Notes: generated by a model not told the origin, from the letters alone. Positions 21,495-32,495 are shown, numbered from the stretch's first letter. The stretch: 64,000 nucleotides of DNA from Maritalea sp. (GCF_051251695.1 NZ_JBPOEU010000013.1:37924-101923), one strand, 5' to 3'. Program-made: numbers and translations.

Positions 21495-22492
21495 TTGAGT
21501 TCGCCAGAATAGATTTGAAAGTCGATCACCAACGGATAATGATCAGAACCACCATTGGCGCCGCGGTGCCAATTGGTGGGTTTTATATGACTTGATGCAA
21601 GAATGTGATCCAACTGCAGCCAAGCTGGCATTGGAACAGGGTGAGTTGGTGGCGCAGGCCAAGTCGGCATCAGCCAAACGGCGCGCTTAAGTTTGCTCTG
21701 ATCCACCAAGTTTTTAAATGAATATGAAAACGGTGTTGAGTTGAAGTCACCCCCAAACAATGTCGGCCCTGACTGAGCCAAGATCACATTTACTACCGTT
21801 TGCATCTGTTCGCGTTGCCGCCCAGCAGGAATTGGCCAATCAAAATGGGTGGTTATCACATTAAACGGAATCTCATCTTGAACTTGAACAGCGATTATCG
21901 AAGTGCGTTGTTTGGTACTCAGCTTGTCGATGCAATTGTGTCCTGGTAACTCTTTGAGCGGCAGTTTTGAATAAATGCCAAGGAATGACCTTTTCCCGCC
22001 TTGGCAATGAACACTATAGGGGAACAGAACCGTTAAGCGTTCCTCGAGTTCTCCCCTATGCCAGCGCCAATATTCCTGCATCAGTAAAACGTCCGGATTT
22101 TCGTCTTTAATGCTGGCAAATAGACCTTCAATGTCTTCGTTCTTTGCATAAATGTTGAACGTCATCAGCCGTTTAGTATTTTCGATTTGGGTCAGTTGAG
22201 GAGTTTGCCGAATGGCGCCAACAATTTCTGGGACAGTCACAAGACAAGAGGCAATAAACCCAGTTGCGCTTACGCTCAGCATTAGGCCCCGAAACGGCTG
22301 CCGGTGCGCAAATATTGCAGATGTGACAAACAGAACTAACGTGACCGGAAAGATGACAGGCTGGAAATGGTTGAAAACATCCAGCGGCCAAAAAGCAAAG
22401 GCCAGAAAACCAGCAATCGCCGCCAGTGAGACAAAAAAAGCGCCGCTCGAAAACAAGAACAGAAAAATGGGCTTAAGTCGCTTAATGATCAC
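21491..22492 (-). CDS. Membrane-anchored endonuclease/exonuclease/phosphatase (EEP) family protein
   Basis: Three N-terminal TM helices; [21 protein letters not shown] and SDHYP motifs. Confidence 0.85.
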   Translation of the reverse strand: MIIKRLKPIFLFLFSSGAFFVSLAAIAGFLAFAFWPLDVFNHFQPVIFPVTLVLFVTSAIFAHRQPFRGLMLSVSATGFIASCLVTVPEIVGAIRQTPQLTQIENTKRLMTFNIYAKNEDIEGLFASIKDENPDVLLMQEYWRWHRGELEERLTVLFPYSVHCQGGKRSFLGIYSKLPLKELPGHNCIDKLSTKQRTSIIAVQVQDEIPFNVITTHFDWPIPAGRQREQMQTVVNVILAQSGPTLFGGDFNSTPFSYSFKNLVDQSKLKRAVWLMPTWPAPPTHPVPMPAWLQLDHILASSHIKPTNWHRGANGGSDHYPLVIDFQIYSGELN

Positions 22493-22505
22493 AGGCGAAA
22501 CAGTC

Positions 22506-23264
22506 TCATTTCTGCCCGGTTGGGGCGTCGTCTAACAATTGCCAGCGATCCCCGTTTCCAAGGATTTCCAACGGTTGAAAGGAACTTTTATAGGTCATTT
22601 TAGGCGAATTTTTGACCCAATATCCCAAATACAAAAACGGCAGGCCCAATCGACGAGACCGCTCTATTTGGTCCAACACCATAAACCGCCCAAGACTGCG
22701 TCGATGGGCTTCCGTATCGAAAAAGCTATAGACCATCGAAATGCCGTCCGGCAGAAGATCAGTAAGGGCTAACCCCACAAGAGGGCCATCGTCCTGATCC
22801 AAATCAGTTCGAATACGGTATTCTACAACCATTGACTGAACAGGCGTGTCTTCCAGCATAAACTCATAATCAATATGTGACATTTCCGACATGCCACCAT
22901 CTTGATGCCGCGTTTTTAGGTAGCGTTTGAACAAAGCGTACTGTTCTTGTGTCGCTACGGGGTCAACTGGCGTACCAACAATATCTGCATTCTTTCGCCA
23001 GATTCGGCGTTGATTGGCGTTGCGCTCGAAGTCGTCAACCAGAACGCGTGCAGATTGACAAGCATCGCAACCTTCGCAGGCCGGACGATAAGCGATGTTT
23101 TGGCTGCGTCGAAATCCGTGCAAACTCAACATATCATGCAAGTCCCCGGCGCGTTTGCCGGCCAAGTGGGTGAATAGCTTGCGTTCAAATTTTCCCGGCA
23201 AATAGGGGCAGGGCGTTTCGGCGGTCAAATAAAACTGCAAATCTGACGGGCTATGTTCAGTCAT
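22506..23264 (-). CDS. Arginyl/leucyl-tRNA-protein transferase (Ate/Bpt family)
   Basis: TPCPYLPG..ERK, GFRRSQNIAYRP.C..C and YLGYWV..S.KM.YK motifs. Confidence 0.9.
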   Translation of the reverse strand: MTEHSPSDLQFYLTAETPCPYLPGKFERKLFTHLAGKRAGDLHDMLSLHGFRRSQNIAYRPACEGCDACQSARVLVDDFERNANQRRIWRKNADIVGTPVDPVATQEQYALFKRYLKTRHQDGGMSEMSHIDYEFMLEDTPVQSMVVEYRIRTDLDQDDGPLVGLALTDLLPDGISMVYSFFDTEAHRRSLGRFMVLDQIERSRRLGLPFLYLGYWVKNSPKMTYKSSFQPLEILGNGDRWQLLDDAPTGQK

Positions 23265-23318
23265 TGCATGCTTATTCGCCAGTTTCCCGGCTATCCCTTT
23301 GGGTTCTTTTAGGAGAGT

Positions 23319-25148
23319 TTAGACCCCATAATACCATGGCGCAACTATGCTAAATGTTATCCAAACCAAAAGGATAAGTGGCACACCAGCGATGAAGTAA
23401 TGTTTGAACCGATAATGCCCTGGGCCCATTACGAGCAAATTGGTTTGATACCCAATGGGGGAGGCAAACGAAGCGTTGGCACCAAGGATTACAGCTACAA
23501 CAAACGGAAGCGGATCGACGCCTAAACTCTGCGCGGTTGATATCGCAATTGGTGTAAATAGCACTGCAGTGGCATTGTTGCTCAGCACATTGGTCAGAAT
23601 TGCTACGATAATGAAGATGATCGCCATCACAAGAGACGGCGTGACGTTGCCCAAGCCGCCCACAGCCCAATCAGCCAGCAATTGCGCACCTCCGGTTGCT
23701 TCAAGAGCGCCAGACATTGCGATTGCAGAGCCAACGAGCAAAATGATTCGACGGTCAATGGCACGGGTCGCCTGGCGTACGTTCAAACAGCCGGTGGCTA
23801 GCATGCCAAACGCCCCAGCAATGGCGGCAAACACAATGGGCACGAACCCAGTAGCAATTGCTGCGACAGTTGCCAGAAAGACCATTTGTGCTCGAAACGC
23901 AAACCGATGAGGCCGCAATTCTGACGCGCTCCACTCAATCACGACAATGTCTTGCAACCCGCGCATTCTGTTGATGCGGTCAGCTGGCCCAGCGATTAGC
24001 AATACATCGCCAGCTTCCAATCGAATGTCTGATAGTGATTCGCGGGGCATGCGGCTACGTCGCTCGACGCCCAAAATCAGACAGCCATGTTGCGCCAAAA
24101 ATCCGCGTTGATCGATACCGTTGTTGATTAGGCGTGAGCCGGGCTGCACCAGCGCTTCACACATCACAACGCCGTGGTCTGTGGTGCCTTCGTCCGCACC
24201 AGGCTTTAGCGGCGTATCAAAAGCGCGCCATTGCTTTAGGGCGTCGGTCAGTTTCTCTCGGGTGGCAGCAAGAATCAGCACATCACCTGTACGAAGAGTA
24301 ATGTCGTCGAACGGTGGCAAATAGCGATGATAGCCCCGAATGACCGCCCTAACGGTCATGGTCGTTATCTTGGGGAACATGCCAGCGACGGTTTTTTCCC
24401 CAACCAACGGGTGGCTATCGTAAAGCCGAATTTCTGAAATGAATTGTAAGTTGCGTTGCTGAACTTCTTGTCCGTCTGCATTTACGGCGCTTGGCAGTAA
24501 TTTGGGCATGACAAACAAAACATATACGCCACCCACTAGCGCCATTACGGAGCCCGGCACTGTGAAAGCGAAAAAGTCTAACCCCTTAACACCTGCACCA
24601 ACCGCAATACCAGCGGCCAAAAGGTTGGTGGAAGAGCCGATCAGCGTGGTCATACCGCCAAGTATCGATATGAAGCTTAGGGGCATCATTATTTTAGGTG
24701 TCGGTAGCTTGCGCCGGGCCGCGACGGCTGTGAGCAGCGGTATGAACATAACAACGACCGGCGTATTGTTGATGAACGCGCTCGCAACACCTGCAATGAT
24801 GAGGACGATGGGAATAACACGTTGGGGATGTCGTGGCCAAAGTCGTTCAAAAGTCTTCGTCAGACTGCCAAGAGCATCTGTTTGAAACAAAGCTTGCCCG
24901 ATAACAAGGAGCGCTAAGATCGTCAGCAATGACGGGTTAGAAAACCCGGACAGTAATTCTTCGGCTTCTAGCCCTGCTTCCGGCGCCAGCAAGCCGATTG
25001 CCATCAATACAACAATTGCACCAAGCGCGACCAGCTCCAAGGAAACGAGTTCAGTTGCGAACAGTACAATTGCAATAGCAATTACCGCAAAACTTGCCCA
25101 CATGGCTAAAGAATCAGCGCTTAAAATTTGTGCAACCATGGTCGACAC
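23319..25148 (-). CDS. SLC13/DASS-family permease with TrkA-C domains
   Basis: SAFINNTPVV, GG.TTLIGSSTN, SNNATA and PIGYQTN motifs around a central soluble region. Confidence 0.88.
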   Translation of the reverse strand: MSTMVAQILSADSLAMWASFAVIAIAIVLFATELVSLELVALGAIVVLMAIGLLAPEAGLEAEELLSGFSNPSLLTILALLVIGQALFQTDALGSLTKTFERLWPRHPQRVIPIVLIIAGVASAFINNTPVVVMFIPLLTAVAARRKLPTPKIMMPLSFISILGGMTTLIGSSTNLLAAGIAVGAGVKGLDFFAFTVPGSVMALVGGVYVLFVMPKLLPSAVNADGQEVQQRNLQFISEIRLYDSHPLVGEKTVAGMFPKITTMTVRAVIRGYHRYLPPFDDITLRTGDVLILAATREKLTDALKQWRAFDTPLKPGADEGTTDHGVVMCEALVQPGSRLINNGIDQRGFLAQHGCLILGVERRSRMPRESLSDIRLEAGDVLLIAGPADRINRMRGLQDIVVIEWSASELRPHRFAFRAQMVFLATVAAIATGFVPIVFAAIAGAFGMLATGCLNVRQATRAIDRRIILLVGSAIAMSGALEATGGAQLLADWAVGGLGNVTPSLVMAIIFIIVAILTNVLSNNATAVLFTPIAISTAQSLGVDPLPFVVAVILGANASFASPIGYQTNLLVMGPGHYRFKHYFIAGVPLILLVWITFSIVAPWYYGV

Positions 25149-25229
25149 ATTGCCGATTAGCTAGCCGACCTCCAAGCACAAATTTGGACTATACGCACCG
25201 AAATCAACACTTTTTGTGCTTTTTTACCA

Positions 25230-25784
25230 CTATTCGTCCCAGCGTGGATTGGTAGGCGAAACCCATGGTTCATCATAGCCGCGCACTTCTTCTTGCCAAA
25301 AACGTTGCATGGGTGAACGACGAACCATCAATGTGCCGACAACAAGGTCATGCAACATCTGACGACGCTTAGTGAAAAGCGGAACCAGAAGAACAAGCGG
25401 GGTGAGGGATTGCGAAATCCAACCTACAATTGGGTGCAAAATGGCCAAGCCACCGTCAAGCGTGCGGGTGCGGGTTGGCGTCAGCACAATGTCCATCAAC
25501 TGCATGCCGATGGTCGCCCGGGCAGGAGAACCTAGCGTAATGACATAATATGCGAATATCACGCCGGGCACCAAAATAAAGTAACCGAGCCAAGCAAGAC
25601 CGAGTGTCAGAATGCCCAAAATACCCAGAATGACGGCGGAAACAGCGATCGAAGCGATCAGAATTACCGCGTCAATTATGAACGCGAAAACGCGACGTTT
25701 CAAAACACCCTCAAAAAGTTCAGGGGAAGTGTCAGGTGTTGGCAGGTCGTCACGCATATTCAGTCCAAATGTATCTTTTGGCAT
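25230..25784 (-). CDS. RDD family membrane protein
   Basis: RRVFAFIID, AT.GM..M and RRQMLHDLVVGT motifs. Confidence 0.88.
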   Translation of the reverse strand: MPKDTFGLNMRDDLPTPDTSPELFEGVLKRRVFAFIIDAVILIASIAVSAVILGILGILTLGLAWLGYFILVPGVIFAYYVITLGSPARATIGMQLMDIVLTPTRTRTLDGGLAILHPIVGWISQSLTPLVLLVPLFTKRRQMLHDLVVGTLMVRRSPMQRFWQEEVRGYDEPWVSPTNPRWDE

Positions 25785-25959
25785 TGTTCGTCTCCATCTC
25801 TAACGCATAGATGGTTCAAAAATCGAGTGGAACAAGTGCAAAATGCCAAATTATCGGCGTAGGCCGTCATTTGAGTTTTGCGACGGCCATTCTGCACGGT
25901 CGTCGCTGTCATATGAAACGTATGCAAAACCGTATTGCTGCAGTTTTTGTTGCAGCGTC

Positions 25960-26475
25960 CTAATTGATGGCGTTGCCCAGTGCTTTTATACCTGCCGCAC
26001 CGATAGTTATGTCAAGCTTAGGTGTAGTCGCGCCACTAACACCAATTCCGCCAACGAGTTCATTGTTTATATAAATCGGTTGGCCACCACCCAATGCAAA
26101 CAACTCGCCCGATGTTCCAATAAATGGCAATGGTCCACCTTCCAAATTCTCACCAAATGCCCAGTCAGACAAGGATTGTGTTGGCACACCAAAGGATACG
26201 GAGCTGGTCGATTTGTCTATGGCGAAATCAATGCTACCCAAGGCAGAGCCGTCCATTTTTTCAAATGCAATCAATGTTCCGCTTTGGTCGACAATTGCGA
26301 TGCTAACTGCCGCATTGTTGGCTATCGCGGCCCCTTTGGTCGCATCCATCATGAGTTCTGCCGCATCAAGTGTCAGCATTGTTTGCTTGCTCAAAAGGTG
26401 ATCGCTGGCAATGGCTGGCAGTGCGGACGTCGCAAGCATGGTGGCAATAAATAAAATTTTCATTCGTTGTTCCAT
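25960..26475 (-). CDS. GlcG/HbpS-family heme-binding protein with a signal peptide
   Basis: IAIVDQSG..IAFEKMDG and GGGQPI...ELVGGIGVSG motifs; N-terminus MKILFIATMLATSALPAIA (alternative start 26463). Confidence 0.8.
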   Translation of the reverse strand: MEQRMKILFIATMLATSALPAIASDHLLSKQTMLTLDAAELMMDATKGAAIANNAAVSIAIVDQSGTLIAFEKMDGSALGSIDFAIDKSTSSVSFGVPTQSLSDWAFGENLEGGPLPFIGTSGELFALGGGQPIYINNELVGGIGVSGATTPKLDITIGAAGIKALGNAIN

Positions 26476-26484
26476 AATAGTGGA

Positions 26485-26525
26485 TTGTCAATTTTACAAA
26501 TTTGGTAATATTGTAAAATTGACAA
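26485..26525. promoter_or_regulatory. Perfect 15-11-15 inverted repeat in the divergent glcG/tetR promoter (probable TetR operator pair)
   Basis: TTGTCAATTTTACAA-N11-TTGTAAAATTGACAA; each arm contains TTGACA on opposite strands. Confidence 0.75.
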
Positions 26526-26553
26526 AAAAACAAGCCTAAGCAATATACTTCTT

Positions 26554-27144
26554 ATGTTTGAACATGATGTGACAAAACGCGAAGAAGAAATTATTGAGGC
26601 AATGATTGTTGTCATTATGCGTTATGGTTTGTCTAGAACCAGCATGAACGATATTGCCAAGCAATCAGGTTTGTCTCGACAATCAATTTATTTGTGTTTC
26701 TCGACGAAAGACGAGCTTTTGCGCGCAGCAACACGGCTACTTTGCGGCAGGGCAATTGCGGAGATTAAACAAGAGTTCGAGCAATCCGATGACCTCGCAC
26801 AGCGACTAAACAAAATATTTGACGCAATCGCAGTCAAAAGTTTCAAAATGATCCAGCAATCGACAGATCCTTCTGACATTTTAAATGGATTTAATGAAGC
26901 TGCGCGTGATGAACTGGTTTCGGCTTCCGAACAGTACCGAATCGCCATCGAGGAAGCATTAGCCCCTTACGAAGAGGCGATTGTTGGCCATCAAATGAGT
27001 CTTTTTCAGCTCTCAGACTATATTCAGCAATCTTTGATGGCCTTGAAGCATTCACCCAAAAACGAAGCCCACTTGCACGAACTGCTCAGCGTTTTGCGCA
27101 ACAGCACGCTTACCCTTTGTGGCGTAGATATCGCAAAAAGCTAA
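26554..27144 (+). CDS. TetR/AcrR-family transcriptional regulator
   Basis: N-terminal HTH: YGLSRTSMNDIAKQSGLSRQSIY..FSTKDEL. Confidence 0.9.
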   Translation: MFEHDVTKREEEIIEAMIVVIMRYGLSRTSMNDIAKQSGLSRQSIYLCFSTKDELLRAATRLLCGRAIAEIKQEFEQSDDLAQRLNKIFDAIAVKSFKMIQQSTDPSDILNGFNEAARDELVSASEQYRIAIEEALAPYEEAIVGHQMSLFQLSDYIQQSLMALKHSPKNEAHLHELLSVLRNSTLTLCGVDIAKS

Positions 27145-27181
27145 GACGTGAAAATCTAAGAATGGTGCTCTACGATCAAGA

Positions 27182-28195
27182 CTAGCTGTTGAGCAACTCC
27201 GCCATGTCTTTGGCGAAATAGGTCAATATGCCTGAGCATCCTGCGCGCTTGAACGCAATTAGGCTTTCTACCATCGCGGCTTGGCGATCAATCGCGCCAG
27301 CTTGAGCTGCGAATTCAATTTGGGCATATTCGCCAGAAACTTGATACGCGAACACGGGGATTTCAAACCGAGTTTTGATTTCTCGCACGATATCGAGATA
27401 CGGCATACCGGGTTTGACCATTATCCAGTCAGCGGCTTCCAAGATATCTTGCTCGACCTCGCGCATGGCTTCCTCGCGGTTATATGGCTCGAGCTGATAC
27501 GTCTTTTTGTCGCCTTTCAAGCGGGAGCCAGAACCAACAGCCTCACGAAATGGTCCGTAGAAGGCGGATGCGTATTTAGCCGCATAGGAAAGCAACAGCG
27601 TGTTTTGATGCCCCTCAGCGTCCAAAGCTTCTCGAATTGCGCCAATGCGTCCGTCCATCATGTCAGATGGGGCAATAATATCGGCACCTGCGCGCACTTG
27701 GTTAAGAGATTGCTTGACCAATATTTCGACGCTCTCGTCGTTTAGAATGCGTTCACCATCTAGCAATCCGTCATGACCATGGGTGGTGTAGGGGTCCAAC
27801 GCAACGTCGGCGATAAGACCAATTTCGGGTACTGCCGACTTAATTGTTGAAAGAGCGCGACACATCAAATTGTCAGGATTATAGCTTTCAGAACCATCTT
27901 CAGATCGTGCATCAGCTGGCGTGTTCGGAAAAAGGGCGAGGGCAGGGATGCCAAGAGCGAGCGCTTCTTTTGCAGCTTGGACGGCGAGATCAATGGATAA
28001 TCGATCCACGCCAGGCATGGATTTAACGGCCTGCCGTTCATTCTCACCCTCAATGATAAAGAGCGGCCAAATCAAATCGCTCGGCTGAACGATAGTTTCG
28101 CGCACCATATCTCGGCTCCAACCATATTGCCGAGAGCGACGGAGGCGACGTCCTGCTAGAAAATCCATATTCACACGCTCAAAATTCTTACTCAT
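27182..28195 (-). CDS. hemB: Porphobilinogen synthase
   Basis: DVALDPYT.HGHDG, SDMMDGR, YAAKYASAFYGPFR, MVKPG and YQVSGEY motifs. Confidence 0.97.
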   Translation of the reverse strand: MSKNFERVNMDFLAGRRLRRSRQYGWSRDMVRETIVQPSDLIWPLFIIEGENERQAVKSMPGVDRLSIDLAVQAAKEALALGIPALALFPNTPADARSEDGSESYNPDNLMCRALSTIKSAVPEIGLIADVALDPYTTHGHDGLLDGERILNDESVEILVKQSLNQVRAGADIIAPSDMMDGRIGAIREALDAEGHQNTLLLSYAAKYASAFYGPFREAVGSGSRLKGDKKTYQLEPYNREEAMREVEQDILEAADWIMVKPGMPYLDIVREIKTRFEIPVFAYQVSGEYAQIEFAAQAGAIDRQAAMVESLIAFKRAGCSGILTYFAKDMAELLNS

Positions 28196-28362
28196 ATGCC
28201 GTCATTTTCCTGAATTGGATTTTTGCTTGGAATCTTAAATTGCTTGACGCATTTGGAACTTAACTTGAAACAATGGTCCAGCAAAATTTATGCAATTTAG
28301 CTGCGGCACCTTGCCACGAGCAGCCTAGTTTGGTTATGCAGCTTTAAAAGAGGAAACGCAAA

Positions 28363-28755
28363 ATGGCATTTTCAGCCCGACGGATTCGTATTGTTGCACG
28401 CATTGTTGCTGGCGTTAGCCTTGTCGTGGGTTTGATGAATGCGTTCAACGCTATGGGTGTATCTGCCAGTTTAATAAGCCCAATCGAACAATATGGCGAA
28501 GCAGCATTCGCTGTGTTGTCTGTTGTAGCGCTATTAAGGCTTTTTGCGGCGGTCGGGTTGTGGGCCCATGCAACTTGGGGCGCATTTCTGCTTCTTTTTG
28601 CAAGTGTGCTCGAAATGTTTATTGCGACCTCAGGTCTTGTTGACCTCATGATCAGCCCTACCGGATTTGCAATCAGCATCCTGTTGCTTGCTTCATCATT
28701 GGGATTGTTAATTTGGCGTTCAGTGAACAAGCACCAGCACGTAAACCAATTGTGA
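28363..28755 (+). CDS. Hypothetical multi-pass membrane protein
   Basis: 130-aa ORF with about four hydrophobic helices; RBS GAGGA upstream. Confidence 0.6.
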   Translation: MAFSARRIRIVARIVAGVSLVVGLMNAFNAMGVSASLISPIEQYGEAAFAVLSVVALLRLFAAVGLWAHATWGAFLLLFASVLEMFIATSGLVDLMISPTGFAISILLLASSLGLLIWRSVNKHQHVNQL

Positions 28756-28918
28756 AGGTTATGAAAACCTGAACGTGCTTAAGGTTTGAGAAAGCTAAAA
28801 ATGCCTATTTATTCAGTAAGATATTCTTAAGTCTGTATCTTAAACTGATATTATAGCTCGTTCGCTAATTTGGCTGCATAGACACGAAAAATCGTGCGAC
28901 CAAAACAGTGAGGCAATT

Positions 28919-29431
28919 ATGACTACGAACCCGATGAAAGTTAAGGCGCATTTGCCTGAAGAAGCTGGCCCCTCTTTAAAGCCAAGCTATCTGGAAGCCG
29001 TTTCTCGCGTGGAGCGTCTTCACCGTCGTTTACTCGATCTGGTAAAAGACGAGTTTGACCGCATGGGTTGGGATGATATCAACCCAGTTCAAGCCATTAT
29101 GATGTTCAATATTGGTGGCTCTGAGTTGACAGCAGGCGAATTGCGTTCGCGAGGCTACTATTTGGGATCAAACGTATCTTACAACCTCAAAAAGTTGGTG
29201 GATACAGGATATATTTTTCAGGAACGCTCAAAGGCTGACAGACGTTCAGTTCGAATTAAGCTTACGCCAAAGGGCGAAGAGGTTGCAGAAGTGATCGACG
29301 AACTTTATGACCGCCACTTGAAATCCATCGCGCATGTTGGTGGTTTGTCGGAAACAGAATTTGAAGGTCTAAACACAGCCCTTGCACGTCTGGAACGTTT
29401 CTGGGTCGATCAAATTCTTTATAAACTTTAG
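28919..29431 (+). CDS. ldtR: MarR-family regulator LdtR
   Basis: ERLHRRLLD..KDEFDR and ELTAGELRSRGYYLGSNVSYNLKKLV; lies directly upstream of an L,D-transpeptidase as in other Rhizobiales. Confidence 0.85.
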   Translation: MTTNPMKVKAHLPEEAGPSLKPSYLEAVSRVERLHRRLLDLVKDEFDRMGWDDINPVQAIMMFNIGGSELTAGELRSRGYYLGSNVSYNLKKLVDTGYIFQERSKADRRSVRIKLTPKGEEVAEVIDELYDRHLKSIAHVGGLSETEFEGLNTALARLERFWVDQILYKL

Positions 29432-29690
29432 AACTTACGATATTACCTGTTTGGTTAAGCACACCGGCTGCGCCTGTTTCTTCATCGAAACATGGCGTGG
29501 CTTGATGCTTCATTGCTAGTTTAGGTGTCGCTTCCAATTGAGGCGCTGGCAATTCAATAAAGCCGCAAACGACACAAAGATGCCTTAAACACCAACTAGG
29601 CAAAACCAATACAATCATTGGTTGAGGGTTTGCGCATGTAGTGTTAAACACGCTGATGTATTCATAAGCTGTAGTTGGGGCATTTTTGTC

Positions 29691-30893
29691 ATGAAATTCT
29701 TGAAGCGAAACACTGTTAAAATGCTTGCTGGCGCGATCGTCGCCATGTCGCTTGGCGTTTCAGCGCCTTTTGCGCAGGATAGTGTAAGCGCGGCACAAGA
29801 TGCGATCGACTCGATCGAGCCCGTTCTTTCCTACGACACGGCCTACAATCTACAATTAGCCATCCAAAAATATGAAGCGATCGCTGCTGCAGGCGGCTGG
29901 GAGCCGATTTCGCGCGGATCGTACGGTTTAAAGCTTGGCAAAAGTCAGGGCCATGTGCGTGGCATTCGTAGACGTTTGATGGCATCTGGCGATTTGGATC
30001 CCAATCTTCGGCTGTCTGACGAATTTGATGCAGATGTTGATGCTGCGGTACGCCTCTTTCAGGCCCGTCACGGTTTGCGTTTAACGGGCGTTCTTGACCA
30101 AGAAACCTTCATCACCATGAATGTGCCGGTACAGGAAAAGCTCAATCAGCTTCGTCTGAACCAAGCACGTGTTCAGGAATTGGTACCAGCACTCGCAGAT
30201 CAGTATATTGTTGTGAACATTCCTGCCGCTTCAATTGAAGCCGTGTCAAACGGCACCGTTGAGCGCCGTCACACGGCGATTGTTGGCCGTATTGATCGCC
30301 CAACTCCAATTTTGCAGTCCAAAGTCCACCAGATCAATTTTAACCCATATTGGCATGTGCCCAAGAGCATTATTCGCCGCGACATCATCAAATATATGAA
30401 TGATGATCCGCAGTATTTGGCCAATTTCCGGATTAAAATTTATGACGGCAATGGTGAGGAACTCGAGCCAAGCTCTGTTGACTGGAAAACAGAAGAGGCA
30501 GTTCAGTATTCATTCCGCCAGGAGCCCGGTGCTGAAAACTCCATGGGTCATGTGAAAATCAACTTTCACAATAAACATGCGGTTTATCTGCACGATACGC
30601 CTCAAAAATCACTGTTTGGTCAAAACAGACGTTTTCACTCTTCAGGCTGCGTGCGCGTGGATGACGTCGATCAGCTTGTGTCATGGTTGTTGCAGAGCAA
30701 CGGCGAATGGGACCAAAACGCTGTGGACGCAGCATTTGAATCTGGGGAACGTTTAGACGTCAGCATAAAAAATCCAGTGCCGATTATCACGACCTACATC
30801 ACTGCCTGGGCAAACCGCGAAGGTGTTGTTTCGTTCCGTGAAGATATCTACCAATATGATGCGCAGGGCCGAGTGGCATTGGCTAGCGATTAA
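29691..30893 (+). CDS. L,D-transpeptidase (YcbB/LdtP-like) with a peptidoglycan-binding domain
   Basis: Signal peptide, AVRLFQARHGL PG-binding domain, YLHDTP...SSGCVRV catalytic motif. Confidence 0.9.
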   Translation: MKFLKRNTVKMLAGAIVAMSLGVSAPFAQDSVSAAQDAIDSIEPVLSYDTAYNLQLAIQKYEAIAAAGGWEPISRGSYGLKLGKSQGHVRGIRRRLMASGDLDPNLRLSDEFDADVDAAVRLFQARHGLRLTGVLDQETFITMNVPVQEKLNQLRLNQARVQELVPALADQYIVVNIPAASIEAVSNGTVERRHTAIVGRIDRPTPILQSKVHQINFNPYWHVPKSIIRRDIIKYMNDDPQYLANFRIKIYDGNGEELEPSSVDWKTEEAVQYSFRQEPGAENSMGHVKINFHNKHAVYLHDTPQKSLFGQNRRFHSSGCVRVDDVDQLVSWLLQSNGEWDQNAVDAAFESGERLDVSIKNPVPIITTYITAWANREGVVSFREDIYQYDAQGRVALASD

Positions 30894-30911
30894 GAACTAA
30901 AGGGTTCGTCC

Positions 30912-31112
30912 ATGAGAGAGCGTGACGTTACGCCGGTCGGCACCGTTTATTTCGAGTTCATTCAAATGGGTGGGCAAGTGCGAATCGCAGCCATTCATGA
31001 AGAAACCGGCACAGAAGTCATGGCAATTGCACCAATTCAAGCGACTGAGCAGCATATGCGACAGTTGGCGTTGGGCAAATTGCGTCGGAAACTAGCAGAA
31101 GCAAAGTCTTAG
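30912..31112 (+). CDS. Small conserved hypothetical protein (DUF6898-like)
   Basis: VYFEF...G..VR..AI.E.TGTEV pattern recalled from proteins encoded upstream of glyA in alphaproteobacteria. Confidence 0.6.
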   Translation: MRERDVTPVGTVYFEFIQMGGQVRIAAIHEETGTEVMAIAPIQATEQHMRQLALGKLRRKLAEAKS

Positions 31113-31208
31113 CAAGAACCGATTGAACTTTAGACGACTTGGATTACCCAATTCTCTATGATATGCCGTCCTCACCGAAATTGGTCGTTATAATCGCGAG
31201 GATTTTCC

Positions 31209-32495
31209 ATGACCGAAATTTTTCCAAATTTCTTCACCAATTCGCTGGCAGATGTCGATCCTGATGTTGCGCGGGCAATTGATGCTGAACTTAAGCGTCA
31301 GCAAACTGAAATCGAACTTATTGCTTCAGAGAATATCGTCTCTAAAGCGGTAATTCAGGCGCAGGGCACAGTCCTGACCAACAAATATGCTGAGGGCTAT
31401 CCCGGCAAACGTTATTATGGCGGTTGTCAGCATGTTGATGTTGTTGAGAACTTGGCCATTGATCGCGCCAAGAAGCTCTTCGATTGCGCATATGCCAATG
31501 TGCAGCCGAACTCTGGCTCACAAGCCAACCAAGGCGTATTCCAAGCACTTATTCAGCCCGGCGATACGATCCTGGGCATGAGCCTTGATGCAGGTGGACA
31601 CCTTACCCACGGCGCGCGTCCTAACCAATCTGGTAAATGGTTCAATGCGATCCATTATGGCGTGCGTAAAGAGGACGGTCTGTGTGATATGGACCAAGTG
31701 CGTGACTTGGCTAGGGAACATAAACCCAAGCTGATCATTGCAGGTTTCTCCGCTTATTCGCGCGTTCTTGATTTTGCGGCCTTCCGCGAGATTGCGGACG
31801 AAGTAGGCGCCTACTTCATGGTGGATATGGCACACGTTGCTGGCCTTGTGGCTGGTGGCAAATATCCTAGTCCGTTCCCACACGCCCACGTTGCAACCAC
31901 AACTACGCATAAAACGTTGCGCGGACCACGCGGCGGCATGATTCTGACAAACGATGAAGCGCTCGCCAAAAAGTTCAATTCAGCGATTTTCCCTGGTATT
32001 CAGGGTGGACCTCTGATGCATGTTATTGCAGCAAAAGCAGTGGCTTTTGGTGAAGCTTTAACAGATGACTTCAAGCAATATATCACTAAAGTTGTCGACA
32101 ATGCCCAAAGCATGTCAGACGCGCTTATTGAAGGTGGGTTGGACATTGCATCAGGCGGTACAGACAACCATTTGATGCTCGTTGACCTTCGTCCTAAAGG
32201 CGTTACCGGTAAGGCAACTGAGGCTGCTCTGGAACGTGCGCACATTACCTGTAACAAAAACGCCATTCCGTTTGATCCGGAAAAGCCTTTCGTAACGTCC
32301 GGTATTCGTGTGGGTACACCAGCGGCAACATCACGCGGTTTTTGTACAGTGAGCTTTAAGACTGTCGGCGAATTGATCGTTGAAGTTGTTGATGGGCTTT
32401 CAAAAAATGGCGAAGAGGGCAATGCAAGCGTTGAAGCTGGCGTACGTGAGCAAGTAAAACTGCTCACAGATTCGCACCCGATTTACGCTGATTAG
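31209..32495 (+). CDS. glyA: Serine hydroxymethyltransferase
   Basis: [23 protein letters not shown] and [13 protein letters not shown] motifs. Confidence 0.98.
   Translation: MTEIFPNFFTNSLADVDPDVARAIDAELKRQQTEIELIASENIVSKAVIQAQGTVLTNKYAEGYPGKRYYGGCQHVDVVENLAIDRAKKLFDCAYANVQPNSGSQANQGVFQALIQPGDTILGMSLDAGGHLTHGARPNQSGKWFNAIHYGVRKEDGLCDMDQVRDLAREHKPKLIIAGFSAYSRVLDFAAFREIADEVGAYFMVDMAHVAGLVAGGKYPSPFPHAHVATTTTHKTLRGPRGGMILTNDEALAKKFNSAIFPGIQGGPLMHVIAAKAVAFGEALTDDFKQYITKVVDNAQSMSDALIEGGLDIASGGTDNHLMLVDLRPKGVTGKATEAALERAHITCNKNAIPFDPEKPFVTSGIRVGTPAATSRGFCTVSFKTVGELIVEVVDGLSKNGEEGNASVEAGVREQVKLLTDSHPIYAD

Noticed and set aside
25790-25958. Several short hairpins between the RDD and glcG genes
   Set aside because: Stems of 6-7 bp with no U-tract or recognisable motif; compatible with chance.
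27760-27830. HemB without the Zn-binding Cys cluster
   Set aside because: The Asp-rich, Zn-independent type is normal for this group.
31113-31208. Possible ZTP riboswitch before glyA, or FMN riboswitch for the rib genes
   Set aside because: No consensus elements of either riboswitch are visible, and the spacer is short.
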